Positions 1 to 10,419 are shown, counted from the stretch's first letter. The stretch: DNA of 64,000 nucleotides from an uncultured Actinomycetes bacterium (GCA_964631685.1 CAZVZU010000005.1:67908-131907); one strand, 5' to 3'. The notes: generated by a model from the sequence alone, not told the origin. A program made the numbers and translations.

Positions 1-277
1 ACGCAATGATTGAGCGTATGGCGGGAACAGCGGAGAAATTGACCGAGTTAACGGATACTCTTAGCAATGACAATATGGCTAGTTTGATCAAAAAAACGCA
101 GCATGCGTCAGAGTCGCTTGAGTCATCCCTTGAGAAGCTGGATGAGCTTGAAAAAACCGGCACGTTGCAGACACTCAAGGAAATGGGAGATTTTGTCGCA
201 GGTTTCAGTAAGGGAACTACCGACGCAATGATTGAGCGTATGGCGGGAACAGCGGAGAAATTGACCGAGTTAACGGA
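1..277 (+). repeat. Exact 55-bp intragenic direct repeat (1-55 and 223-277), period 222 bp = 74 aa
   Basis: acgcaatgattgagcgtatggcgggaacagcggagaaattgaccgagttaacgga read directly at both positions. Confidence 0.95.
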
Positions 278-713
278 GCTGGCTTTAAATTACAATTTAA
301 AGCCCCTTCTTGACACGAGTGAGGCATTTATTAATAGCGGAACATTAGACAATTTGGTTGAGTTTGCAGACGCGGTGGCAGGTGCAAGAAGAATGCTTAC
401 CGATGAACTGGTAAGCAGAGTCGTGGATACGGGTCAATCAATGATAGAAGCTTTTATAACTCAGTTTGATGTGAAAGAAGTTATTAAGTCGGTGAATCGT
501 TCGGCAATGAAAACGATTGAAGAGGCCAAAGATAAAAAATATCATAAAGGTGGCGCTCTATCGCTATTGTCACTAACAAAGGACCCTGAAGTTATGCACG
601 GGCTTAAGTTTATGATGTTGCTGTCTAAAAACTTGACTGTTGATATAGAAACACATGCACGAGATATATTTATTTCCAGTATTGGGGCGGAAAAAGGCTT
701 TAAGGCTGTGTAA
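1..713 (+). CDS. DUF1641-type (helical membrane plugin) protein with internal repeats; probably 5'-truncated by the window
   Basis: C-terminal GGALSLLSLTKDPEVMHGLKFMM resembles the DUF1641 signature; MIERMAGTAEKLTELT occurs twice. Confidence 0.65.
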   Translation, partial: AMIERMAGTAEKLTELTDTLSNDNMASLIKKTQHASESLESSLEKLDELEKTGTLQTLKEMGDFVAGFSKGTTDAMIERMAGTAEKLTELTELALNYNLKPLLDTSEAFINSGTLDNLVEFADAVAGARRMLTDELVSRVVDTGQSMIEAFITQFDVKEVIKSVNRSAMKTIEEAKDKKYHKGGALSLLSLTKDPEVMHGLKFMMLLSKNLTVDIETHARDIFISSIGAEKGFKAV

Positions 714-763
714 TTAATACGATTAGTCTTATTCGTGAGCTGAAAAAGAAAAGAGATAGCTTG

Positions 764-814
764 AATATCCCGCATGGGCTTTGCTTGTTTATAGCATAGT
801 TTGTGCGGGATATT
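764..814 (+). terminator. Long hairpin, probable terminator after the DUF1641 gene
   Basis: AATATCCCGCA...TGCGGGATATT 11-bp perfect stem extended by G-U pairs; weak U-tract. Confidence 0.5.
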
Positions 815-933
815 GTTCTGATGGTGGTTTCATTATTTGCTTTTTTATCATAAAATGTATTACAATCATCGTTGTTATATTCGGTGGAATTATGTTGTCT
901 GTCTTTATATGCCGGATGTTATTAATCCAAAAT

Positions 934-1008
934 GGGCGCGTAACTCAGGGGTAGAGTGCTACCTTCACACGGTAGAAGTCGGCGGTTCAAAGCCGCCCGC
1001 GCCTACCA
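934..1008 (+). tRNA. tRNA-Val (anticodon CAC)
   Basis: Cloverleaf: acceptor GGGCGCG/CGCGCCT, anticodon arm CTACC-TTCACAC-GGTAG, T arm GGCGG-TTCAAAG-CCGCC, encoded CCA. Confidence 0.97.
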
Positions 1009-1112
1009 GCCAGAAACACTGCTTTAAAAATTTATTTGTGAGAATATACAGATGAGAATAAATTTAATAATTGCGAAAAAACTAAAATAAAGCGATCAGT
1101 TAATAGGCGTTT

Positions 1113-1373
1113 TTATAGATCGGTTTGGTCGTTTTTCAGCGTGTCTTGTTCTATGTCACGTGACTGTTCTATTTTTTTTACGTCTGTCCCTGTTTTTTCA
1201 AGCGAGCTATATGCTTTGATCTGTGCCAATTGCAAATAGATATCTTCAAAATCCTTTTGTTTTCTTATTGCTTTGTCTATTTTTCTTATAACATCTTTGC
1301 TTTCTATCTGTTTTGTTTTAAGTTTATTTCTACTTTCCTTGAAAAGAGCAAAGAGGTTAAGATTGTTTTTCAT
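1113..1373 (-). CDS. Hypothetical small charged helical protein
   Basis: ORF with GGAGGT Shine-Dalgarno (SD) upstream of ATG 1373 (MKNNLN...). Confidence 0.6.
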   Translation of the reverse strand: MKNNLNLFALFKESRNKLKTKQIESKDVIRKIDKAIRKQKDFEDIYLQLAQIKAYSSLEKTGTDVKKIEQSRDIEQDTLKNDQTDL

Positions 1374-1620
1374 TGTCGATACCTCCATTGTTTTATTATT
1401 TAGGTTCGTTTATTACTGGAAAGTTTGGTTATATCATTTTTATATTGCAAATTTGTGACGAAATTGTTTCAATTTGGTTAAATTTTTACTTAAAAACATT
1501 TTTTTTATATATATGTGGATTGGATAGATATTTAAGATGAAATTTAGTATAATTTCCAACGGGTTTACCTGTTATTAGTTACAAGCATTGCAAATAGGAA
1601 TACATTTGGAGGTATGCATA

Positions 1621-2844
1621 TTGTCGGTAAAAACGCCTAATTTTTTTCATTTAGCTCTCCCTTTTTCCATAGTTAATGGAGTAGTTTGGGGTATCGGTAT
1701 TATGGTTATACCCTTACTAGCGCAAACGAGTATGAAGGCAGGCTTGGCATTTGCTATGTTAAACCTGGGTATCGGCATAGGTGCGATCATGTGGAGCGTC
1801 TTGTCGCATACAGTAAAGATTAAAAACCTTATATTTGCGAGCAGTCTTTTGTCTTGCGTTGGCTGGCTGTTAATCATTTTATTTCACAGTGTATTTTTAA
1901 TTCCACTTGTGTTCGTTTTTGGGTTTTTTGCAGCTGGTATATTTGCACTTGCAAGTGTTATCGTGACAAACACTTACGATAAATCTAATTGGGATAAATA
2001 TATATCGCTAATGCAGGCATTTATGACGATAGGGACCGTTGTCGGATTGCTTGTTGTATCGATCTACACAAATGCTATAGCCGCTATTCCCTTTTTGATT
2101 ATAGGTTTTTTATCATATATTCCCTTGGCGCAATATCATAATCATATTACTAAGCATCGGCGGCTTGATTCTTCTTTGATAAAGCCCAAAATGCATTTTT
2201 CTGAGATTTTTACAGGCTATTTTTATCACAGATTTAGGATAAAACATATTCTTCATCTTAAAAATAAGCGGGTATTATTGATTAATTTTGGCTGGATTTT
2301 TGCTTTATTAGCGGCTGCACCTATTTACGCAATGTATCCTCTCTTAATGAAGCATGTGTTTTTTGTCAAAGAATCACTATCTTCTCTAATTTATGCCTTA
2401 AGTACCGGATTAGGCGTAGTTTTTTTTGTGATGGCCGGAAAAATATCTGAGAAACATAGTCCTTTTATTTCTTTTAATATAGGTATTTTTCTGTACGCAT
2501 TAAGTTTCATATTTATGCTTTTAGGTATATATATGTCCTTGTACTTATTAGGAGAGATTGGTTTTGTAGTTATGATTATTGCATGGTCATTTATTGCCGT
2601 AGGTATGAATATTGGCATAGTTAAGCTGGTAAATGAAACAAAAAGATCAGAACTATTGGGTGTTGCAAATATGTTTCAAAGTTTCGATAATGTAATTGGC
2701 GGGTTCATGGGTGGTATAATAGCAACGCATTTTGGATACACTTATGTAATCTTATTCAGTTTGTTGTTTACTATATTCGCTATGGTAGCCGGCGTAAGTT
2801 TGCTGAGTCGCAAATTTCAACAACATGTGCAGACTGCTTTATGA
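1621..2844 (+). CDS. MFS transporter
   Basis: About 12 hydrophobic segments in two halves; GGAGGT SD favours TTG 1621 as start. Confidence 0.85.
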   Translation: MSVKTPNFFHLALPFSIVNGVVWGIGIMVIPLLAQTSMKAGLAFAMLNLGIGIGAIMWSVLSHTVKIKNLIFASSLLSCVGWLLIILFHSVFLIPLVFVFGFFAAGIFALASVIVTNTYDKSNWDKYISLMQAFMTIGTVVGLLVVSIYTNAIAAIPFLIIGFLSYIPLAQYHNHITKHRRLDSSLIKPKMHFSEIFTGYFYHRFRIKHILHLKNKRVLLINFGWIFALLAAAPIYAMYPLLMKHVFFVKESLSSLIYALSTGLGVVFFVMAGKISEKHSPFISFNIGIFLYALSFIFMLLGIYMSLYLLGEIGFVVMIIAWSFIAVGMNIGIVKLVNETKRSELLGVANMFQSFDNVIGGFMGGIIATHFGYTYVILFSLLFTIFAMVAGVSLLSRKFQQHVQTAL

Positions 2845-2964
2845 GTCTAAGCTAAAAAAATAGCCTTTTAATTCTAAAATATCCTTGATTTTTTGCACTA
2901 AATCTATAATAATGGACGGCAAGGGAGTAAATTAATTTATCTTTTAAGATGGGGACTGTTTTGC

Positions 2965-4149
2965 ATGGGAACCGAAATTAATAAAAAAATACCGCTTTAT
3001 GATGAGCATGTAAAATTAAAGGCTAAAATTGTTCCTTTTGCAGGATTTTTGATGCCGCTTTACTACAAAAGTATCATTGAAGAACATCTGAATGTCAGAA
3101 ATCATTCCGGTTTATTTGATATTAGCCATATGGGTGAGGTGATTATAAAAGGAAAAGATGCAGGGAGATTTTCAGATAATGTCTTTACCGCAGATATTTC
3201 CAAGATTAAACCTGGTGAAATAGTTTATTCGTTGTTACTTAGCGAAAAGGGCGGAATCATAGATGATGTGACTGTATTTAAATTTTCCGAAAATAAATAT
3301 ATGACCGTTGTGAATGCCGCTAATACCCAAAAAGATTTTTCATGGTTACACTATCAGCAATCTGAATTTACAAAAAAGGGATACGACGTCAGCGTAGAAA
3401 ATATTAGTGAAAAGATAGGATTAGTTTCTGTTCAGGGCCCTAAGTCAAGAGATATAATATATCCGTTGGTAGATGCCTACGATGTTGTTAAGAGAAGCGG
3501 GTGCGATTTGTTTGATTTTAAATCTAACACTAAATCTGTTAATGAATTAAAACATTTCGAATTTAGTTGTATATCGTTTAAAGAGATCAATATGGACGTC
3601 TTGATTTCAAGAAGCGGATATACGGGAGAGTTTGGATTTGAGATATTTTTTCCGGTTGAGAAGAGCGCAATTGTGTGGAACTACCTCTTAGAGCATAGGC
3701 AACTCTCAAATCTTGTTCCTGTCGGTTTAGGGGCGAGAGATACTTTAAGATTTGAGGCTGCATTACCCCTTTACGGGCATGAGCTTGACGAGACTCTCAA
3801 TCCTTATGATGCAGGCCTTGAAAAATATCTTTCAAAGACAAAAGATTTTATCGGAAAAGAGGCATTAGAAAGTTTAAAAAATAAAGAAAAAAGACTTATA
3901 TTTTTTAAACTTTCAGGCAAACAAATACCGAGGCATTCGCAAAGGATTCTAGATGAAAATCTTAAGCCTATCGGGTGCATTGCAAGTGGTACCTATAGTC
4001 CGTCGAACAAGTTTCCTATAGGGAGTGCATATATCTCAGACGCAAATATTAATCTTTCATCCTTAGACGGTTTTTTTATAGATATAAGGGGAAATTTCGA
4101 AAAGGCGGAGATTGTAAGCCCTCCTTTCCACAGAAAGAGCAAAAAATGA
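2965..4149 (+). CDS. gcvT: Glycine cleavage system aminomethyltransferase T
   Basis: GLFDISHMG, SRSGYTGEFGFE, GLGARDTLRFEA motifs; operon context. Confidence 0.96.
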   Translation: MGTEINKKIPLYDEHVKLKAKIVPFAGFLMPLYYKSIIEEHLNVRNHSGLFDISHMGEVIIKGKDAGRFSDNVFTADISKIKPGEIVYSLLLSEKGGIIDDVTVFKFSENKYMTVVNAANTQKDFSWLHYQQSEFTKKGYDVSVENISEKIGLVSVQGPKSRDIIYPLVDAYDVVKRSGCDLFDFKSNTKSVNELKHFEFSCISFKEINMDVLISRSGYTGEFGFEIFFPVEKSAIVWNYLLEHRQLSNLVPVGLGARDTLRFEAALPLYGHELDETLNPYDAGLEKYLSKTKDFIGKEALESLKNKEKRLIFFKLSGKQIPRHSQRILDENLKPIGCIASGTYSPSNKFPIGSAYISDANINLSSLDGFFIDIRGNFEKAEIVSPPFHRKSKK

Positions 4150-4219
4150 ATAATTGCGATCGGTAGTGCGATGTCTATTTGTGTATTTAAAATTAAAATA
4201 ATAAAAAATAAGGGGTTTA

Positions 4220-4615
4220 ATGATGACAGTTAGTGGTCAATTTTATTTTTCTAAATCGCATGAGTGGATTTTAAAAAAAGCTGCTGATGTTTTTTATATC
4301 GGGATCTCCGATTTTGCTCAGTCAGAGCTAGGAGATATTGTATATATAACTCTACCCGAGGTTGGTAAGACTTATCAGAAAGGGGAAAAAATGGGCGAAA
4401 TAGAGTCTGTCAAGTCGGTTTCGGAAATTTATGCTCCGGTTAGTTTTAAGGTTATTTCCGTTAATCCCCAGTTAGATGAAAAATCCGAGATCATTAATAC
4501 AGACCCCTATGATACGGGTTACATTGCACAGGTTGACGTATTAAATATTTCTGATCTTTCAGGCCTAATGGACAAAAATACTTACGAGTCTTTTGTGGCA
4601 TCAAATCATGCATAA
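4220..4615 (+). CDS. gcvH: Glycine cleavage system H protein
   Basis: HEW, GISDFAQSELGDIVY, lipoyl-Lys motif ESVKSV. Confidence 0.96.
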   Translation: MMTVSGQFYFSKSHEWILKKAADVFYIGISDFAQSELGDIVYITLPEVGKTYQKGEKMGEIESVKSVSEIYAPVSFKVISVNPQLDEKSEIINTDPYDTGYIAQVDVLNISDLSGLMDKNTYESFVASNHA

Positions 4616-6059
4616 TTTTCATTATTTTCCAAGTTCTGAAACCGACATAAAAAGACTTTATACGATACTTAACATAAAAAATAAAGATGAATTATTTAAA
4701 AAAATTGTCGGAGACATTCCTTTAATAAATGTCAATGACATGAAAACTCTGCTTCACGGAATGGATGAAGCTTCCTTAATTCGTTTTTTTTCCAATATCT
4801 CTTCACACCTTCCCGACAAGAATGGGTTTTCTATTTTTGCAGGTGGTGGTGTTTATAATCATTTTGTTCCAGCAGCGATAGATGTACTTATTTCCAGATC
4901 AGAATTTTCTACTCCATATACCCCTTATCAGCCCGAGGTCAGTCAGGGAACACTTTTTGCCTTGTTTGAATTTCAATCTATGGTAGCAGAGATTCTAGGG
5001 ATGGATGTTTTAAATGCATCTATGTATGATGGAGCGGAAAGCCTTGCGGAGGCGATATTAATGTCTTTAAGGCTTTATTTGAACGCAAACCCGCATCTTA
5101 ATTTGCTTAATTCAGAACGAGATTTTAAAAATAATCATTTGGATGATAAATCAGACATTCACTCCAATCATTTAATTTTGGTTTCGGAGGGTATTAATCC
5201 AAATTATCTTTCTGTTGCTAAATCCTTTATTGGCGGTATTAATGCAAAAATAGGGATGGTTAAACTTGACAAGAAAACGGGCCAAACAGACCTGAATGAT
5301 TTAAAATTAAAGCTCAAAATGGGCGTTTCGACGGTCGTTATTCAGCAACCTAACTACTTCGGCGTGATAGAGGATTTGGAAGAGTTAGAACAAGTGATTC
5401 ATGGTTTTAATCCTAGGCCCTTTTTTGTGGTTTCAGGTACCGAACCTTTAAGCTTTGGTACTATAAATCCTCCTGGTTTTTATGGTGCCGATATATTTGC
5501 AGGGGAAGGAAATTCTTTCGGGAACTATATGAATTTTGGTGGTCCGCTTCTGGGGCTTTTTGGCGCAAAAAAGGAGTATATCAGGCAAATGCCGGGAAGA
5601 ATTGTCGGCAAGACGGAAGATGTCGAAAAGAAAGACGCTTACACTTTTATTCTCGCTACGAGGGAACAACACATAAGGCGGGGTGCTGCAACTTCTAATA
5701 TTTGCACTAATAACTCTCTGAACGCTGTTAGGGCGGCTATTTATCTTTCTTTGTGTTCAAAACGTGGATTTAAGGAGCTGTCACTGTTAAATCTTAAGCT
5801 TGCACATGTACTGCGCGAGAGGCTTATAGAAACGGAACTTTTTGAAGAACGGTTTTCAGGAGACTTTTTCAATGAATTTACATTGAGAATAAGGGGTAAA
5901 AGGATTGATGCTTGTCAATTTATTGATGAAATGACCGATAGGGGTATTTTGGCAGGTATAAAAGTTGCCGAAAATGAAATTTTAGTTTCGGTGACGGAGA
6001 ATAACGACATTGATGATATCAAAAGATATGTAGAAAATGCTAAAGGTATCTTAAAATAA
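4608..6059 (+). CDS. gcvPA: Glycine dehydrogenase subunit 1
   Basis: YTPYQPEVSQG, NASMYDG, TREQHIRR, TSNICTN. Confidence 0.96.
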   Translation: MHNFHYFPSSETDIKRLYTILNIKNKDELFKKIVGDIPLINVNDMKTLLHGMDEASLIRFFSNISSHLPDKNGFSIFAGGGVYNHFVPAAIDVLISRSEFSTPYTPYQPEVSQGTLFALFEFQSMVAEILGMDVLNASMYDGAESLAEAILMSLRLYLNANPHLNLLNSERDFKNNHLDDKSDIHSNHLILVSEGINPNYLSVAKSFIGGINAKIGMVKLDKKTGQTDLNDLKLKLKMGVSTVVIQQPNYFGVIEDLEELEQVIHGFNPRPFFVVSGTEPLSFGTINPPGFYGADIFAGEGNSFGNYMNFGGPLLGLFGAKKEYIRQMPGRIVGKTEDVEKKDAYTFILATREQHIRRGAATSNICTNNSLNAVRAAIYLSLCSKRGFKELSLLNLKLAHVLRERLIETELFEERFSGDFFNEFTLRIRGKRIDACQFIDEMTDRGILAGIKVAENEILVSVTENNDIDDIKRYVENAKGILK

Positions 6060-6090
6060 ACATAAAGTAAGGGAATATAGGTTTATAATT

Positions 6091-7578
6091 ATGGTCAATT
6101 TTCCGGGAATATCAGGTTTTTTTTTCGACGAGGATTTACTGATTAAACAGGGTTCCAAAGAAGTTTGTGGTATGCGAATTCCTAATTGCGGGCTTGAGGA
6201 TTGCGAACTAAAGAAAACTTCATCGGATTATATAAATAAGAAATTTTTAAGAAAAAATATGCCGAGACTTCCAGAGGTGGCAGAACCCACCGTAGTCAGG
6301 CATTTTGTCAGGCTTTCTAGCTGGAATATGTCTGTAGATTCAACCTTTTACCCCTTAGGTTCTTGTACTATGAAGTATAATCCTAAGGTGAATGAGCTGA
6401 TTGCGTCGTTCGATAATATAAAGGGGCTGCATCCCTTAATGCCTGCCCGTTTCGTTCAGCCTGCGTTGAAGATAATAGATGATTTTAATCTTATCCTTTG
6501 TGAACTTACGGGTTTGGACGAATTCGGTTTTGCCCCACAGGCAGGCGCTGCAGGTGAATTTACCGGTTTAAGGGTTATAAAAAAATATTTTGATGTAAAA
6601 TGTGAAAAAAGAGATATCATACTAATACCGGATAGCGCTCATGGAACTAATCCTGCAAGTTCTGTACTGGCTGGGTTTACTCCACTGGAAATTAAAACGG
6701 GTGTAAATGGGTATATTGAGGTAGAAGATGTAGAAAAACACCTCTCTAAAAATGTTGCTGCAATAATGATAACGAACCCTAATACTCTCGGTCTTTTTGA
6801 AAGAGACATTAAAAAGATAAGTAAGATTATGCATGAAAACGGGTCTTTAGTTTATATGGATGGGGCGAACTTTAACGCATTTATAGGCAATATTAGAGTT
6901 TCGGACATGGGAATAGATTTGATTCATCTCAATTTACATAAGACGTTTTCAACCCCCCATGGGGGTGGGGGTCCGGGGAGTGGTGCCGTAGGGATAAGAA
7001 GCTTTCTTAGCGATTACATGCCCGTGCCTTATGTAAATTGTGCCAACAGAATTTACAGTTTAAGTGAGGATAAAAAGCATACTATCGGGAGAATAGCCCC
7101 ATTTTTATGCAATTTTGGAGTTATTCTCAAGGCTTATGCCTATCTTCTTTCTCTTGGAAATGATAATATTGCGTCGGTTAGTGAGATTGCAATCCTCAAT
7201 TCAAACTATATTAAGAAACGGCTTAGCAAGATATTTGACGGTGCAGATCCTTTTAATGACAAGCTATGTATGCACGAATGTGTTTTTACGGATAGCGTAT
7301 TAGAATCTATAGGGATATCCACACTTGAATTTGCAAAACTTTTAATAGATCATGGATTTCACCCCCCAACGGTTTATTTTCCAAAAAATATACATGGTGC
7401 TATTATGATTGAGCCGACCGAGACCGAATCAATAGAAACTATGGATAGTTTTTTAAAGGCGGTAGAAGAAATAAGATCTAAGACCGAAAAGTATGTTGCG
7501 CTCAAGACTCCCTGTAAAACGAAGGTTAAGAGGGTTAATGAGGTGTTGGCAAATAGACATCCTGTGTTTAAATATTAA
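6091..7578 (+). CDS. gcvPB: Glycine dehydrogenase subunit 2
   Basis: PLGSCTMKYNP, SAHGTNPAS, PLP-Lys motif HLNLHKTFSTPHGGGGPG. Confidence 0.96.
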   Translation: MVNFPGISGFFFDEDLLIKQGSKEVCGMRIPNCGLEDCELKKTSSDYINKKFLRKNMPRLPEVAEPTVVRHFVRLSSWNMSVDSTFYPLGSCTMKYNPKVNELIASFDNIKGLHPLMPARFVQPALKIIDDFNLILCELTGLDEFGFAPQAGAAGEFTGLRVIKKYFDVKCEKRDIILIPDSAHGTNPASSVLAGFTPLEIKTGVNGYIEVEDVEKHLSKNVAAIMITNPNTLGLFERDIKKISKIMHENGSLVYMDGANFNAFIGNIRVSDMGIDLIHLNLHKTFSTPHGGGGPGSGAVGIRSFLSDYMPVPYVNCANRIYSLSEDKKHTIGRIAPFLCNFGVILKAYAYLLSLGNDNIASVSEIAILNSNYIKKRLSKIFDGADPFNDKLCMHECVFTDSVLESIGISTLEFAKLLIDHGFHPPTVYFPKNIHGAIMIEPTETESIETMDSFLKAVEEIRSKTEKYVALKTPCKTKVKRVNEVLANRHPVFKY

Positions 7579-7616
7579 CAAATCACATTATAGTTGTAAA
7601 AAATATGAGGTAAAGA

Positions 7617-8222
7617 ATGGCTATGAGTTTTAAAGACATTAGTTTCGAAGCCGCTGATGGTGGGATTATTCACGCTTCCTTATTCGGTTCATATCCCGAC
7701 ATTGTTATACTTGCACATGGCAAAGTATTCAACAAAGAGAGTTATTACGACCTCTGTGATGTTTTCCTAAAAAATAGAATATCATCATTAGCCTTTGATT
7801 TTAGAGGCTATGGGAATTCAAAACATGGAAGAGGAGATGCCCATGCGTACGGGGAAGATATTATAGGAGCTGTAAATTTTGCAAAAAGCTTGGATTTTGT
7901 GAAAAACATAACAATATTAGGTTCTAGTATGGGCGCCGGCGCTGTGTTAAGTGCGTCAAAGCTTTTTAATTCCGCAGAGATAAAATCCGTCATCGCCGTA
8001 TCCCCTGTCTATGTGGAGGGTGCAGATTTTATTGATATCCCTGTCCATTATTTAGGTTCGGAAGGAGAACAGTTCGCAGAAGGTATTAAAACTATGTACG
8101 CTCAGACCAAATCTCTTAAAACTATTCATCTCTTCAAAGGCAATACTCATGCTCAGAATATTTTTGCGACTGAATCAAAAGATGAAATAATTTCATTGAT
8201 AGTTTCCTACGTAAAGGACTAA
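7617..8222 (+). CDS. Alpha/beta hydrolase
   Basis: AHG, FDFRGYG, nucleophile elbow GSSMG, C-terminal His. Confidence 0.85.
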   Translation: MAMSFKDISFEAADGGIIHASLFGSYPDIVILAHGKVFNKESYYDLCDVFLKNRISSLAFDFRGYGNSKHGRGDAHAYGEDIIGAVNFAKSLDFVKNITILGSSMGAGAVLSASKLFNSAEIKSVIAVSPVYVEGADFIDIPVHYLGSEGEQFAEGIKTMYAQTKSLKTIHLFKGNTHAQNIFATESKDEIISLIVSYVKD

Positions 8223-8252
8223 AAAAGATTTAAATAGCTTTTTTACATAATT

Positions 8253-8281
8253 TTGCCTTTTTTTTCAAAATTGTGTAAAAT
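8253..8281 (+). promoter_or_regulatory. Sigma70-type promoter for pheA-metF
   Basis: TTGCCT-17bp-TAAAAT. Confidence 0.55.
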
Positions 8282-8363
8282 ACCTTAAATTTAATAGTTT
8301 TATAATAATAATTAGGATGTTAGTTATGGTTATAGCAATAAGATAGCCTTAAAGTGCAAAAAT

Positions 8364-9443
8364 ATGAAAGAACTTCAAACACTAAGGGAAGGAATAAATA
8401 AGATAGACGAAGAGATTGTCGAGCTTCTCAACAAAAGAGGGAATATAGCATTAGATATCGGGCGGATAAAGTCTTCCGCCAATAAAACATATTATAGTCC
8501 GGGTAGAGAGAGCGAGGTTTTTAAGAATATAAAAAATTACAATAATGGTCCGTTAAAAGGTGAGCATCTACAAAATATATTTAGAGAGGTCATATCTGCA
8601 TGTATCGATCTTCAATCTGCTATTAAGGTCTGTTATCTTGGTCCGGAGGGGACATATACCCATATAGCCGCCATAAAAAGATTTGGTTCGTCGAGGACGT
8701 TAGTGCCTGCTACGACCATAAGGGATGTTTTTGATTCAGTTTCCAACGGATTTTCCGATTATGGCGTAGTACCGGTCGAAAACAATATTGAGGGCATGGT
8801 AAATGCTACATTTGATATGTTTGTGAATTCCGATGTTACAATAATAGGAGAAGAAATAATTCCTATTAGCCACATTCTCTTATCAATGGAAAGCGATGCT
8901 AAGAATATACGTAAAATTTATTCTCATCCACATCCCTTCGGCCAATGCAGAAATTTTTTGGAGAAAAATTTTAAAGACGTGGAACTAATTGATGCTTTTT
9001 CGACTGCGGACGCTTGTATTACTGCATCTAAAGAGGCTGGTTCTGCCGCAATAGCATCAGAGGCTGCAGGAAGAATTTATGGTTTGTCTGCATTATTTTC
9101 CCATATTGAGGACTATAGCAACAATTTTACCAGATTTTTAATTATTTCTAATAGGGAAAAGGTTTCAAAAACAGGAAATGATAAAACATCTATCCTTCTT
9201 TCCATTAAAAACTCGGTTGGGACATTGTATAAGATTCTTAAACCGTTTTATGAAAACGGTATCAACATAACCAAAATAGAGTCAAGGCCGTCAAAGAGGT
9301 TTAATTGGGACTATCTATTTTTTATCGATGTCAATTCTCACGAGTCTGACGAAAATCTTAAAATAGCGTTAAAATGCATAGAAGAGTACACAATCTTTAT
9401 AAAAATATTAGGCTCCTATGAGTCTGCATCTATTAACGTTTAA
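8364..9443 (+). CDS. pheA: Chorismate mutase/prephenate dehydratase
   Basis: N-terminal CM domain, YLGPEGTYT, VPVEN, NFTRF, ACT-domain IESRP. Confidence 0.96.
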   Translation: MKELQTLREGINKIDEEIVELLNKRGNIALDIGRIKSSANKTYYSPGRESEVFKNIKNYNNGPLKGEHLQNIFREVISACIDLQSAIKVCYLGPEGTYTHIAAIKRFGSSRTLVPATTIRDVFDSVSNGFSDYGVVPVENNIEGMVNATFDMFVNSDVTIIGEEIIPISHILLSMESDAKNIRKIYSHPHPFGQCRNFLEKNFKDVELIDAFSTADACITASKEAGSAAIASEAAGRIYGLSALFSHIEDYSNNFTRFLIISNREKVSKTGNDKTSILLSIKNSVGTLYKILKPFYENGINITKIESRPSKRFNWDYLFFIDVNSHESDENLKIALKCIEEYTIFIKILGSYESASINV

Positions 9444-9476
9444 TTCTCACTAATCTTATAAAAACTGAAATTTAAT

Positions 9477-10364
9477 ATGAGTTTTCGAGGTAGTAATAAA
9501 TTAAAAGAAAAACTAGACGATGGTGCATTTGTTTATACATCGGAAATATCCCCAGAGAGAGGGACTGATCTTTTAAAAATGAAAGGTATATATAATCTTT
9601 TAAAAGATCGCGTCACAGCTTTTAATATCACGGACAATCAAGGGGCAAATATGAAAATGTCCTCGCTTGCCGGGGCAATATATATAAAACAGCTGGGAGG
9701 AGAGCCTATTTTTCAGCAAACTTGCAGGGATAGAAATCGTATGGCGCTCGAATCTGATCTTTTGTCTGCCGCTGCCTTTCAAATAGAGAATATTTTAACC
9801 CTCACTGGTGATTATATATCTTTTGGCGATCATAAACATGCAAAAGCTGTTTATGACATAGATTCCGTTAACCTAATAGGGATTGTAAAGGGGCTAAACG
9901 CTGGAAAGGATATGAATGGTAGTAACCTTAACGGCGCTACCGATTTTTACATCGGCGCGGCGGTAAATCCAGAATCGGTTCCTTTGGAGCCGCAACTCGC
10001 AAAATTTAAAAAAAAGATTATTGCAGGTTGTAATTTTTTCCAAACTCAGGCTATATTCTCCGTTGAGAAGTTTAAGAATTTTTACGATTTTTATAAAAAT
10101 TATAAAGACATAAAGATTATTGCAGGGATATACATATTAAAATCAGGCAAAACAGCCAATTTTATGAATAAAAATATCCCCGGCATTTATATACCGGAAT
10201 CCATTATAACAGAGCTTAATAGCGCCCTTGATCCGATAAAAAAAGGGATTGAAATTGCCGCAAGGATAGCGAGGGAGCTGAAGCCATTAGTGCATGGTAT
10301 TCACATAATGGCCTACGGCATAGAAGATAAAATTCCCTATTTTTTAGATGAATTTGAGAGATAG
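9477..10364 (+). CDS. metF: Methylenetetrahydrofolate reductase
   Basis: NITDNQGA, TCRDRNR, LTGD, FFQTQ. Confidence 0.9.
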   Translation: MSFRGSNKLKEKLDDGAFVYTSEISPERGTDLLKMKGIYNLLKDRVTAFNITDNQGANMKMSSLAGAIYIKQLGGEPIFQQTCRDRNRMALESDLLSAAAFQIENILTLTGDYISFGDHKHAKAVYDIDSVNLIGIVKGLNAGKDMNGSNLNGATDFYIGAAVNPESVPLEPQLAKFKKKIIAGCNFFQTQAIFSVEKFKNFYDFYKNYKDIKIIAGIYILKSGKTANFMNKNIPGIYIPESIITELNSALDPIKKGIEIAARIARELKPLVHGIHIMAYGIEDKIPYFLDEFER

Positions 10365-10382
10365 AGTGCTGCTTTTCGGCAG

Positions 10383-10419
10383 AATGTCAGTTGACATTGT
10401 CTGCATAAAAAGCTATAAT
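10383..10419 (+). promoter_or_regulatory. Consensus sigma70 promoter of the por operon with overlapping palindrome
   Basis: TTGACA(10391)-17bp-TATAAT(10414); dyad AATGTCA-GT-TGACATT at 10383-10398. Confidence 0.8.

Noticed and set aside
837..1055. 72-aa ORF spanning the tRNA
   Set aside because: Shadow ORF over tRNA-Val
1009..2844. tRNA-anchored genomic island
   Set aside because: No integrase, attR duplication or mobility genes seen
2845..2964. Glycine riboswitch upstream of gcvT
   Set aside because: Intergenic region is only about 120 bp and AT-rich, with no recognisable aptamer
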